Source: Trichormus sp. ATA11-4-KO1
Lineage (GTDB): Bacteria; Cyanobacteriota; Cyanobacteriia; Cyanobacteriales; Nostocaceae
Direction of reading: 5' to 3'
DNA length: 64,000 bases
Assembly: GCA_019358915.1 (NCBI GenBank)
Contig: JAHHIM010000055.1
Coordinates: 192,001 to 256,000, forward strand
A program made the translations under genes and the position numbers. Under the pieces are notes generated by a model. The model saw only the letters and a program-made list of their open reading frames with translations, did not search any database and was not told the origin of the DNA. The stretch's first letter is position 1. Each line of letters starts with the position of its first letter. This document shows positions 50,696-60,906 of this stretch, piece by piece.

Positions 50696-51616
50696 TTATT
50701 TGTTATTTTTGTAGTTATCTACTGCTGTTCTGAGATTACCTTGATGTTCTGCAAGCAATTGTTCACCTGCCTCTTTTTCTAAACCAGTCCAGTGCATCAA
50801 TAACGCCAACTTGACCCACTTCCCACTACGTTCTAATAAGAAACCAGCAGCTTCTCGACTTAAACCTGTGAGGTCTTGCAACATCCGCAAAGCGCGATCG
50901 CGTAACTTAAGATTAGTCACAGCTACATCTACCATGCGATTGCCGTAAACTTTGCCCAGCTTGATCATGACTCCAGTCGAAAGGATATTTAAAGCTAATT
51001 TTGTAGCTGTCCCAGCTTTTAAGCGAGTTGAACCAGCGAGGATTTCTGGCCCAGTTAATAAACGAATGTCAACATCCGCATCAAAGCTAACTTGTTCTAT
51101 CGGTACGCAGGCAATAAAAATAGTACTGGCTCCCCGTTGACGAGCAGCGTTCAGCGCCCCGTGAACAAAAGGTGTTGTCCCGCCAGCAGTAATCCCGACT
51201 ACCACATCTAATTGAGTAATATGTCGTTGAGCGATCGCCATCTCACCATCTTCGCTACGATCTTCTAAATCTTCGGAACTGCGTACTAATGCACCAGCAC
51301 CACCCGCAATAATTCCCTGTACCAACTCCGGGGGAGTACAAAAAGTAGGTGGACATTCAGCAGCGTCTAATACCCCTAACCTACCACTCGTTCCCGCACC
51401 AACATAAAATAAACGTCCTCCCTGGCGCAAACGCTCGGCGGCGCAATCAATCGCTTCAACTAACTGAATTTTAGCCGCCGCCACCGCCGCAACTGCTTTT
51501 TGGTCTTCACTATTAAACAAATCAACCAACTCTACAGAATTAAGCTGGTCTAAATTAAGGCTGTGAGGATTTACCTGCTCAGTTAAAAGATAGCCACGTT
51601 CCTGCAAATTTTGCAT
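50696..51616 (-). CDS. murQ: N-acetylmuramic acid 6-phosphate etherase
   Basis: Motifs LTEQVNP, GAGTSGRLGVLDAAECPPTF, GSTRLKAGTA and GKVYGNRMVD. Confidence 0.97.
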   Translation of the reverse strand: MQNLQERGYLLTEQVNPHSLNLDQLNSVELVDLFNSEDQKAVAAVAAAKIQLVEAIDCAAERLRQGGRLFYVGAGTSGRLGVLDAAECPPTFCTPPELVQGIIAGGAGALVRSSEDLEDRSEDGEMAIAQRHITQLDVVVGITAGGTTPFVHGALNAARQRGASTIFIACVPIEQVSFDADVDIRLLTGPEILAGSTRLKAGTATKLALNILSTGVMIKLGKVYGNRMVDVAVTNLKLRDRALRMLQDLTGLSREAAGFLLERSGKWVKLALLMHWTGLEKEAGEQLLAEHQGNLRTAVDNYKNNK

Positions 51617-51696
51617 TGTCTACATCCGTTACATCCATTTAATAAATAACTCTTATGAAAAAAAGCACTGGAAACTGGATTAGGGGCTAGTATTTT

Positions 51697-51800
51697 TACT
51701 CAGCACTCAGCACTCAGCACTCAGCACTTAGAGAAGCACTCAGCACTCAGCACTTAGAGAAGCACTCAGCACTCAGCACTTAGAGAAGCACTCAGCACTC
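51697..51800. repeat. STRR array with a 26-bp higher-order unit (CACTCAG-CACTCAG-CACTTAGAGAAG) x3
   Basis: TTAGAGAAG recurs at 51728, 51754 and 51780. Confidence 0.85.
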
Positions 51801-51801
51801 T

Positions 51802-52242
51802 TTACAATAAGCCTTCCAGTTTACGACGAATGTTTTCTAGTTCAGAATCAGAGATTTCTGGTGCGGCTGGTGGGACTTGATGAGAACGAAAGTCATCCTC
51901 CTCTTCAGCTTCAGCTTGCCAGTCAGTTTCCTCGACATTAACTTCTGGGGGCAGAATTAAATCACTGTTTGCTGGGACGATTTCCCATTCATAACCAGCA
52001 CTTTCGCAAAACCCCTTAACTTCTTCAGCATCAAGCATTTCTACTGTAGGTGTAGGGAAATCCTGAGCTTCCAGCATCAGAGCAAAGCGCAGAGCATCAT
52101 CTTCTGACTCAAACATGAGAATTTTGTTGCGTCCAGCCCCTGGCTGCGCCGCTTCGGCATCGCCCACCCGAATTGAGTGAATTCCCTCGTTTTCTGTGTG
52201 AGCATTGAAAATCAACACAAAAACGCGCATTGGTGTAATCAT
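51802..52242 (-). CDS. DUF3110 family protein
   Basis: Motifs VFVLIFNA..ENEGIH, FESEDDA.RFA..LEAQDF and RRKLEGLL. Confidence 0.9.
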   Translation of the reverse strand: MITPMRVFVLIFNAHTENEGIHSIRVGDAEAAQPGAGRNKILMFESEDDALRFALMLEAQDFPTPTVEMLDAEEVKGFCESAGYEWEIVPANSDLILPPEVNVEETDWQAEAEEEDDFRSHQVPPAAPEISDSELENIRRKLEGLL

Positions 52243-52527
52243 CTGTCCCTTTGTTTTTTAATCTATCTATATTAAAGTTTTAGACTGTGCCTCTGGGAAA
52301 GAGACAGCTACAATTTTCACTTTATGCAGATTTTTAGCCAAGCATCAATAACCTTGAGCTAGCAAACAGGAGAAAATCAAACTTTGCCCAAGTATCCCCA
52401 TCATCATCTAAGTAATCTCTGATCCCAAAATCTCAAATAGGTTTGTATCCTGGAATAAGCATCAAAATAATATTTGCCAGTTATTGCTTAGTAGTATGCC
52501 AGCTACACTAGCGGAAAGAGAAATTAT

Positions 52528-55500
52528 ATGACTAAATCTCCTAAAGAAGAGCAGCACTCCCAGCCCTCCGCCCGCAAACGTCTGTCATTGCTGGTGTTGA
52601 GGCGCGGCGGTATTGCCTTGGGCGGAATTTTGCTAGTGGGAATGGTCGGTGGTGTGTGGCGGTTATGGTCTTTTGTGCAAAATGAATTAACACCGTTAGC
52701 AGAAACCGGGATTACCAACACCCTCAACCGTCCGGTAAACCTAGGACAAGTTATAGGTTTTTCCCTCACAGGAGTCAAGTTTGGGGCTTCAGCTATTCCC
52801 GCAACACCCACAGATCCAGACAGGGCAGTAGTTGATGCTGTAGAAGTGGGTTTTGATCCATTACGATTAATTTTTAACCGCCAATTAAAGCTAGATGTCA
52901 CCTTAGTCAACCCAGATATTTATATTGAACAAGACAATCAAGGAAACTGGATTACTACTAAAATAGCCCCTCCGGGAGAAAGCGGCGCTCTTCAAACTGA
53001 TTTAGATAAAATCCGGTTTCGCAATGGCAAGTTGGTGTTGATACCGCAAAGAAGATATGAGAAAGCAGGGGCAGATCAGGAAGTTATACCCCCCTCATCC
53101 CCAGTAGCATTTTCGCAACTGCATGGATCTGCCCAACTTTTAGAAAAAAATCAGTTAGTTAAGTTTGAAGTGGGGGGACAAGCAGATAGCGGGGGTAATA
53201 TTGCGATTCAGGGAGATGTGCGCCCCAAAACATTAGCATCAAACTTACAACTGCGATCGCAAAATTTATTAGCTTCTAAAATTACCCGCCTGATTAAGTT
53301 ACCCTTTGACTTACAGGCGGGTACAGTTAATGGCGACTTGCAGATTCAACTGGCACCAGAACAGCAAACTTTGTTATTTGGCAGTGCTAACTTGCAAAGT
53401 GTAACGCTGCAAATTCCCAATGTACCCCAAGCTTTGCTCAATACCCAAGGTAATATCCGTTTCCAGGGAACTGAGGTGCAGCTAAATAATGTTGCTAGCA
53501 ATTACGGCAAAATTCCTCTGGTGGCTACGGGAATTATCGACACGGAAGCAGGCTTTAAGTTGGCAGGGCGTGTAAATGCAGTGAGTGTGGCCAATGCTCA
53601 AGAAACTCTCAATATCACCGCACCTGTACCTGTAAACGGGCAATTACAAGCCAACTTGCAGATTCTCGGCCCCATCACCAAACCCGTGCTTTCCGGCTCA
53701 GTTGCCACGATTAAAACTGCCCAAATTGATCAAATTAATTTTAATAATATCAGTAGTAAATTTGCATTTTCTCCCAATGCTAACTTAGTTACCTTGAGCG
53801 ATATTCAAGGCAAAGCCGCAGTTGGTGGAGAAATTACAGGTGCTGGTAAAATCCTCCTGGGGAAAACTCCCCGACTAGATTTAAATTTTGCAGCCAAAAA
53901 TGTTTCCGGGGATGCGGTCGCCAAAATTTACGAAACAACACCCCCGATCCAAATTGGCACTCTCTCAGCAACAGCTCAAGTCACTGGTCCCGCTACCAAT
54001 GTCCAAACTATAGTAAAATGGCAAGCTCCAGGGGCAACTTATCCGGGGACTGGTGAAACCATCATCGCCGCAGATCGTACCCTCACCTTCCGCAATGTGG
54101 CTTTGAATGTCGGCGGTGGTATGGTCAGGGGTGCTGGTAGTTTTGCTAATCGGCGTTGGCAAGCGGTGGCTCAAGCCTCTGGTGTAGGGTTGGCACCTTT
54201 TGTAGACCAAAATCAACTAGAAAATATCTCACTATCCGGGGCAGAATTCAACGGGCGTTTGCTGCTTGCAGGTAGCGCCGAACCATTTCAAATCGCCAGC
54301 ATTCGCACTGAAAATGCAGGAGTTAACATTGGTGGCGGCACTATTGCAGTTTCTAATATCCAGTTGCAAGACAAAAACTTTGCTGCTCAATTAGTGGCTA
54401 ATAATGTCCGCCTAGGGCGCATCTTGAAACAATCTCCTCCAGCTTTGGGTGGGCCGTTGGCAGGTACATTTCAAATAGCAGGTAATACAGAAAATTTTTC
54501 CCTGAACACTTTGCGTGGTACTGGTGAAGCCAGGCTAAATGTCGGTGGTGGGACTGTAACAGCCGCCAATATCCAATTAGCTGATGGTGTATATCAGGCA
54601 CAATTACGCGCCAATAATGTAGCTGTGCAGCAGTTAGCAGCTGTACCACCACAATTTCAAGGGGCGTTAACTGGTCAGTTTAACGTAGCAGGTTCTGTGG
54701 AATCCTTCCAGCCAGCAGCTATCCAAGCTAGTGGTGATGCCCGCGTGAATGTTGCCGGGGGGACAATTACAGCTGCTAATATCCAACTAGCTAATGGTCG
54801 CTATCAAGCCCAAGTCCAGACCAATAATTTACCTGTGCAGCAGTTGGTAACAGTCCCACCACAATTTCAGGGAGGGTTAACTAGTCAATTAAATGTGGCA
54901 GGATCAGTTGAGTCATTCCAACCAGAAACGATCCAAGCTAGTGGTCAAGCCCGGTTAAATGTTGCCGGGGGGACAATTACAGCCTCTAATATCCAAATCG
55001 CGAATGGCCGCTATCAGGCTATGGTTGATGCAGCTGGTGTGGAATTAAACCGGGTCAATCAGCAGTTACAAGGTGAGTTTGGCGGTAATGTGCAGGTGGC
55101 TGGGATCTTGGGATCTGCCAAATTAGCTGATGTGCGTGCGGCTGGACAGGTACAGTTATCCCAAGGTATCCCTGGACTTGAGCGACCCTTGAATGCAGAG
55201 ATCGCCTGGACTGGGGAAAAGCTGGCCATTGAGCAAGCAATAGCCCCAGGATTAAATGTTAGTGGTGATATATTTGCTAACGCTGACATTGCAGGTATCC
55301 CGGAAATTACTCGGTTAAATCTCAACGTCCAAGCGCAGAATTACAATTTGCAACAGTTACCCATCAATCTGCCAAATCAGGTAGCTGTGGCGGGTAATAT
55401 AGATTTTGATGGACAAATCACAGGTAATCTGCCCTTACCCAACGTCACAGGGAAAATCGGTTTACGAGACTTGGTTGTCCAAGACATAGCTTTTGAGCCG

Positions 55501-58203
55501 TTGTTAACTGGAAACATTCAGTCAACACAGGGACAAGGTTTAAATTTAGACATCACAGGTAATCGCGATCGCCTTGCCTTCAATTTAGATGCCCAAAATC
55601 GTCCCCAATCCTTTTTAGTCCAGTGGCAACAAGCCTTAGCCTCAGGTCAAGCTCAAGGAAATGATTGGACAGTAAAAGTTGCCAACTTCCCCCTACAAAT
55701 CTTGAATTTGACACCGCCGCCAAATCTGCGTTTGGGTGCTGGTCGAGTAGCTGGTTTGTTAACTGGAGATTTACAGGTAAATCAGCAGACATTAGCCGCA
55801 ACCGGCAATTTAGCGATCGCATCTCCGGAAATTGGCCGAATTACAGGCGATCGTCTAGCGGCTCAGTTCCGCTACGGTGATGGTAAAGCCACGCTCACCA
55901 GTAGTGAATTTGTCAAAGGTAACAGTAGCTACGCCTTTGCTGGTAATTTTGGTCAGACCCCTCAAGGGCCGCAACTACAAGGTAAACTCAATGTCAACCA
56001 AGGTAATATCCAAGATGTGCTGACAGTAGCGCAGATATTTGAATTACAAGATTTGCAACGCGGTGCAGCCGAACCAACCTACGGTACAGCCGCAGACCTC
56101 ACAACCAAATCCCGTGGGTTACCTAATCAGCCTTTGTTAACTCAACTCAAGCGCTTTTATGAAATTAATGCACTGCTAACAGCACAGGAACAAGAACGGC
56201 GGGACTCTAATCCCATTCCAGATTTAGCCGATTTACAAGGGACTTTTAACGGGGAAGTTGCTGTAAATACTGCTACAGCTAACGGCCTATCAGTGCAATT
56301 TGATTTGAATGGACAAAACTTTACCTGGGGTAAACAGGAAGAACCCAATCGTTTTTATACTGCCAACAATATAATTGCCCAAGGCAGATTTGAAAATGGC
56401 GTTTTACAGTTACTTCCATTACGGATTGAATTAGCAAATAGCCGTCTCGCTTTTAGAGGTAACATTGGCGGCGATGATCAATCTGGTCAGCTGCGAGTCA
56501 ATAATTTTCCTCTAGAGTTACTCAATAATTTTGTTAACTTCCCAGTGGGAATTTCCGGGAATCTCAGTGGTACAGCAGCTTTAGCCGGTAGTGTTGCCAA
56601 TCCCCAAGGTAGAGGGGAGTTGGTAATCGCAGAAGGAAGATTGAATCAGCAACCAGTAGAATCAGCTACAGCTAGTTTCAGTTATGCCGATGGACGGCTG
56701 AACTTTGGCAGTACCGTCTCAGTTGTGGAAACGGAACCAGTGAATATTACTGGTAGTATTCCTTATCAGTTACCTTTTGCATCTGTAGCACCAGATAGCA
56801 ATCAAATTAGTCTGGATGTGAAAGTGAAAAACGAGGGATTAGCAATTTTAAATCTGTTGACTAATCAGGTAGCCTTTGAGCAGGGTGAAGGAGACGTAGA
56901 CATTACAGTCCGAGGTACCAGACAAAAGCCACAGGTCAATGGCATTGCCACTGTTAATAATGCTACTTTTACAGCTCAGGCGTTGCCAGGCAAGCTCAGA
57001 AGTGTTACCGGAAAAATCCAGTTTGATTTTGACCGAATTTTAGTAGAAAATCTGGAGGGTAGGTTTAGCCGAGGTGATGTCAAAGCTGCGGGAGAAATTC
57101 CCATCTTTGACAACGGGCTAGCTAATCTTGACAATCCCCTCACTGTTAACATAGGTGAGCTAGCTTTAAATCTCAAGGGACTTTACCAAGGAGGAGTTAG
57201 TGGCAATCTACAAATTACTGGTTCTGCCCTAAACCCAGAAATTGGCGGTAAAGTGAATTTATTTGATGGTCAGGTACTGCTAGCAGATTCTGCCAACCCA
57301 GATCAACCTGCAAATAACACTCTTGGTTTATCATCCTCTGCAACTAACAAGCAGAGCCAACCTGATGACGGCAATACTTTAGCGAAATTTAATAATTTAG
57401 AGATAGAACTCGGTAAAAACGTCCAAATCAACCGTCCACCTATTCTCAGTTTTCGAGCAATCGGCAACCTCACAGTTAACGGCTCCTTTTCTGAGCCAAT
57501 ACCCGATGGCACCATCAGGTTAGAACAAGGTGGCGTGAATTTGTTTACTACCCAGTTTAACCTGGCTCGTGGGTACAAACATACCGCGACTTTTAGAGCC
57601 AGTCAACCCCGTGACCCCGAATTAGATGTTCGGCTATTTGCTAAGGTACTAGATGTAGTTCAAAGTAGTGATTTTGCCCGGACAAACACCGCCGGGTTAG
57701 CGGCTTTAGAGAGTGTTCGAGTTGAAGCCAATGTTCAAGGTTTTGCCAGTCAAATCAATGAAACTTTGGAACTAACAAGCACTCCGACTCGCTCTGACGC
57801 CGAAATTGTCGCTTTGTTAGGTGGTGGATTTCTCGGTAACCAGGGTGGTGGAGACAGCACCTTGGGTCTGATTAACATTGCCGGCTCAGCTGTATTTAGC
57901 AACTTTCAGGCGGCTTTTAACCAGATTGGTAGCGCCGTTGGGTTAAGTGAACTGCGTGTATTTCCTACTATCATTTCCAATAATCCGGAAGCAGGTAGGA
58001 GCAGTTCTAGTTTGGAATTGGCTGCGGAGGCGGGAGTTGATATTTCTCCAAAAATTTCCGTGTCCAGTATCAAAATTTTGACAGCAAACGACCCCTTCCA
58101 GTGGGGTGTGAATTATCGAATTAATGACGAAATTCGTTTGCGTGCTTCAACTAATTTAGACGATGATAGTCGTGCAGTAGTAGAGTTTCAAAGACGATTC
58201 TAA
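52528..58203 (+). CDS. tamB: Translocation/assembly module TamB (DUF490; AsmA-like) protein
   Basis: N-terminal TM anchor, long beta-taco repeats and a DUF490-like C-terminus (G.VNLFTTQF, DPELDV, terminal F). Confidence 0.88.
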   Translation: MTKSPKEEQHSQPSARKRLSLLVLRRGGIALGGILLVGMVGGVWRLWSFVQNELTPLAETGITNTLNRPVNLGQVIGFSLTGVKFGASAIPATPTDPDRAVVDAVEVGFDPLRLIFNRQLKLDVTLVNPDIYIEQDNQGNWITTKIAPPGESGALQTDLDKIRFRNGKLVLIPQRRYEKAGADQEVIPPSSPVAFSQLHGSAQLLEKNQLVKFEVGGQADSGGNIAIQGDVRPKTLASNLQLRSQNLLASKITRLIKLPFDLQAGTVNGDLQIQLAPEQQTLLFGSANLQSVTLQIPNVPQALLNTQGNIRFQGTEVQLNNVASNYGKIPLVATGIIDTEAGFKLAGRVNAVSVANAQETLNITAPVPVNGQLQANLQILGPITKPVLSGSVATIKTAQIDQINFNNISSKFAFSPNANLVTLSDIQGKAAVGGEITGAGKILLGKTPRLDLNFAAKNVSGDAVAKIYETTPPIQIGTLSATAQVTGPATNVQTIVKWQAPGATYPGTGETIIAADRTLTFRNVALNVGGGMVRGAGSFANRRWQAVAQASGVGLAPFVDQNQLENISLSGAEFNGRLLLAGSAEPFQIASIRTENAGVNIGGGTIAVSNIQLQDKNFAAQLVANNVRLGRILKQSPPALGGPLAGTFQIAGNTENFSLNTLRGTGEARLNVGGGTVTAANIQLADGVYQAQLRANNVAVQQLAAVPPQFQGALTGQFNVAGSVESFQPAAIQASGDARVNVAGGTITAANIQLANGRYQAQVQTNNLPVQQLVTVPPQFQGGLTSQLNVAGSVESFQPETIQASGQARLNVAGGTITASNIQIANGRYQAMVDAAGVELNRVNQQLQGEFGGNVQVAGILGSAKLADVRAAGQVQLSQGIPGLERPLNAEIAWTGEKLAIEQAIAPGLNVSGDIFANADIAGIPEITRLNLNVQAQNYNLQQLPINLPNQVAVAGNIDFDGQITGNLPLPNVTGKIGLRDLVVQDIAFEPLLTGNIQSTQGQGLNLDITGNRDRLAFNLDAQNRPQSFLVQWQQALASGQAQGNDWTVKVANFPLQILNLTPPPNLRLGAGRVAGLLTGDLQVNQQTLAATGNLAIASPEIGRITGDRLAAQFRYGDGKATLTSSEFVKGNSSYAFAGNFGQTPQGPQLQGKLNVNQGNIQDVLTVAQIFELQDLQRGAAEPTYGTAADLTTKSRGLPNQPLLTQLKRFYEINALLTAQEQERRDSNPIPDLADLQGTFNGEVAVNTATANGLSVQFDLNGQNFTWGKQEEPNRFYTANNIIAQGRFENGVLQLLPLRIELANSRLAFRGNIGGDDQSGQLRVNNFPLELLNNFVNFPVGISGNLSGTAALAGSVANPQGRGELVIAEGRLNQQPVESATASFSYADGRLNFGSTVSVVETEPVNITGSIPYQLPFASVAPDSNQISLDVKVKNEGLAILNLLTNQVAFEQGEGDVDITVRGTRQKPQVNGIATVNNATFTAQALPGKLRSVTGKIQFDFDRILVENLEGRFSRGDVKAAGEIPIFDNGLANLDNPLTVNIGELALNLKGLYQGGVSGNLQITGSALNPEIGGKVNLFDGQVLLADSANPDQPANNTLGLSSSATNKQSQPDDGNTLAKFNNLEIELGKNVQINRPPILSFRAIGNLTVNGSFSEPIPDGTIRLEQGGVNLFTTQFNLARGYKHTATFRASQPRDPELDVRLFAKVLDVVQSSDFARTNTAGLAALESVRVEANVQGFASQINETLELTSTPTRSDAEIVALLGGGFLGNQGGGDSTLGLINIAGSAVFSNFQAAFNQIGSAVGLSELRVFPTIISNNPEAGRSSSSLELAAEAGVDISPKISVSSIKILTANDPFQWGVNYRINDEIRLRASTNLDDDSRAVVEFQRRF

Positions 58204-58287
58204 TTCTACTTGAACTTTTCCCATTGCTGAATAAAAACGCGTCCGAGCACGAGAGAATAAGAAATAGTGATTTAAATAGCAAAACCA

Positions 58288-59496
58288 ATGGATACAAAAG
58301 CTTTTAAACGTACACTCCAACATTCGGAAAATTACAATCGTAAGGGGTTTGGTCACCAAGCAGAAGTCACTACCCAGTTGCAATCTGAGTATCAAAGTAG
58401 CTTGATCCAGGAAATTCGCGATCGCAACTACGTTTTAGAGCGAGGTGATGTTACTATCCGACTAGCACAAGCCTTTGGTTTTTGCTGGGGTGTAGAACGT
58501 GCTGTAGCCATGGCTTATGAAACCCGTCAGCATTTCCCCACAGAACGCATCTGGATTACTAACGAAATTATTCATAATCCCTCAGTGAATCAACGGATGC
58601 AGGAAATGCAAATCGGATTTATTCCTGTGGCAGCTGGTAAAAAAGACTTTTCAGTTGTGGAAACAGGAGATGTAGTCATCCTACCCGCTTTTGGTGCCAG
58701 CGTGCAAGAAATGCAAATTCTGCATGACCAAGGTTGCAAAATTGTCGATACAACTTGTCCTTGGGTATCTAAAGTTTGGAATACGGTGGAAAAGCACAAA
58801 AAAGTTGCTTATACCTCAATTATTCACGGTAAATACAAGCATGAAGAAACCGTTGCGACTAGTTCCTTTGCTGGCAAATATCTCATTGTGCTGAATTTAC
58901 AGGAAGCACAATATGTTGCAGACTACATTCTTCATGGTGGCGATCGCGCAAAATTTTTACAAAAATTCGCTAAAGCTTGTTCGGCAGGATTTGACCCTGA
59001 TCAGGACTTAGAACGAGTGGGGATTGCTAATCAAACTACAATGCTCAAAGGCGAAACCGAGAAAATAGGTAAGTTGTTTGAGCGTACTCTGATGCAGAAG
59101 TATGGCACAACTGAATTAAACCAGCATTTCCAAAGTTTTAACACCATTTGTGATGCTACCCAAGAACGGCAAGATGCCATGTTGGAATTAGTAGAACAAA
59201 ATGTAGATTTAATGGTAGTAATTGGTGGGTTTAATTCATCAAATACGGCTCAATTGCAACAAATCGCTGCTGAAAAGAAAATCCCTTCCTATCACATTGA
59301 TTGTGTAGAGCGCATTAAATCAGCCACCACCATTGAACATCGGCAATTAAATGGAGAAATCGCGATCGCTCAAAACTGGCTACCCAATGGCAAAATTATT
59401 GTAGGAGTGACTTCTGGTGCTTCTACACCAGATAAAGTAGTCGAAGATGTGATTGAAAAGATTTTCGTATTAAAAGCATTGGTACCAGCACTTTAA
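58288..59496 (+). CDS. ispH: 4-hydroxy-3-methylbut-2-enyl diphosphate reductase
   Basis: Motifs [32 protein letters not shown] and SGASTP. Confidence 0.97.
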   Translation: MDTKAFKRTLQHSENYNRKGFGHQAEVTTQLQSEYQSSLIQEIRDRNYVLERGDVTIRLAQAFGFCWGVERAVAMAYETRQHFPTERIWITNEIIHNPSVNQRMQEMQIGFIPVAAGKKDFSVVETGDVVILPAFGASVQEMQILHDQGCKIVDTTCPWVSKVWNTVEKHKKVAYTSIIHGKYKHEETVATSSFAGKYLIVLNLQEAQYVADYILHGGDRAKFLQKFAKACSAGFDPDQDLERVGIANQTTMLKGETEKIGKLFERTLMQKYGTTELNQHFQSFNTICDATQERQDAMLELVEQNVDLMVVIGGFNSSNTAQLQQIAAEKKIPSYHIDCVERIKSATTIEHRQLNGEIAIAQNWLPNGKIIVGVTSGASTPDKVVEDVIEKIFVLKALVPAL

Positions 59497-59819
59497 ATTA
59501 AAAATTCCCCATCTCTTTACTCTGTGTTCTCCGTGCCTCTGTGGTTATATAAATTATCTTTAAACCGCAGAAGCGCAGAGAAAAAAAGTAAAAGTCTATT
59601 AATTTGTGACTACAAACTTTATTTGCACCGTGCTACTGATGAGGATTCGATTGCTAATTGGCGATCGCGTCAACAACAAGTCAATCCTAGGGAACAAATT
59701 TACCTCAATTTGATTCCCTAACTTAAGTTTTGTTAAGAATGAGTTTTTTTTGTGTACATTTATGCTCATGCCTTCCACAAGCGATCGCCCTGCATCAGAT
59801 AGCTTGCTTTCTCAAGTCA

Positions 59820-59993
59820 TTAAGCTGCATCCATAACACCAGGAATTTCAGCATTAGACTCTTGGGAGTTGATTGCAGGCTGCGATGGCTCAGTACTTTT
59901 GGGTTTGGTAGTTATTATAGATAGCAACTTGGGTAGAGCGATGCAGACAACAGTATTTAACAGCGTCAGCAATAGACCATCCATCAAGGTCAT
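59820..59993 (-). CDS. Small (57 aa) membrane-anchored protein, not in the ORF track
   Basis: An AGGAGA RBS lies 8 nt before the ATG at 59993. Translation: MTLMDGLLLTLLNTVVCIALPKLLSIITTKPK...MDAA*. Paralogous to 60406-60654. Confidence 0.8.
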   Translation of the reverse strand: MTLMDGLLLTLLNTVVCIALPKLLSIITTKPKSTEPSQPAINSQESNAEIPGVMDAA

Positions 59994-60405
59994 ATACAGT
60001 ATCTCCTTTGTGAAAATTGGTATTTATTATCTTTTAGTTTGCAGCATAATTGGATTATCAATTACATAGATAATTTTAATTAACTTTGAGAATAGATAAG
60101 ACAAATAAATATATTAATCTATCTACAATTGCTACTTATACTCAAGGAATACAAATAATGTTACATTATAATGCAATTTATTTAATAATCTAACTAAAGT
60201 AATAAATTTTTTCTCTGGTAATGGTAAATAAGTAATAGGTGACTTTATTATTTGCAGACGGACTGAACTACTGATGGTTGAATATCTGCACAACTTTTAA
60301 TGTACCTAAGAAGCAAGACTATCTGCTGATTTCTGTACTTATTCTGAATGATGGATAAGCACAAAATTGGTACGGATTATGCAGAGATTAGTACCTTCAG
60401 ACAGT

Positions 60406-60654
60406 CTATGAATTTGGAGAACACTGGGAACAGAATTGAGGACTGAACTTACAGAATTGCCTACCTGTCAATACGTAAGTTGTACAATAAGGAAAACTAG
60501 TAGTTTCCATGCTGGCTTTTCCTGATGTTAAACCTTTTGACAACGGTTGAGTAGGTTTAAGCTGACGAGCCAGAATCAAAGAGAGCAATTTGGGCAATGC
60601 TAAGCAGGCAGCAGCATTGAGCAGGGTCAACAATAAGGCATCTAGTAAATTTAT
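60406..60654 (-). CDS. Small membrane-anchored protein with a Cys-rich tail (start codon position reads ATA)
   Basis: GGGGGTGA, then (ATA)NLLDALLLTLLNAAACLALPKLLS...YC...FCKFSPQFCSQCSPNS*. Confidence 0.65.
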   Translation of the reverse strand: MNLLDALLLTLLNAAACLALPKLLSLILARQLKPTQPLSKGLTSGKASMETTSFPYCTTYVLTGRQFCKFSPQFCSQCSPNS

Positions 60655-60906
60655 AGGTAGTCACCCCCGTTGAAAATAGGTGGTCTCTGTTTTTGACGGC
60701 AAACACAACTAAAGCAACAGACTATGCAGTAATCTATTGCTTTTAGTTTATATAAATTAACTTTAACATAAATTTTTATCAATACAACCGTTGAAGCTGT
60801 GAAATGGTTTACGTATTAGGCTACTTAGATATTGAAGAGAAGTACCATAGCGTAATAACAGAATAATCTGTAAAAAAGGCAATTTACTGCACCTAGGTAA
60901 TGAGTT

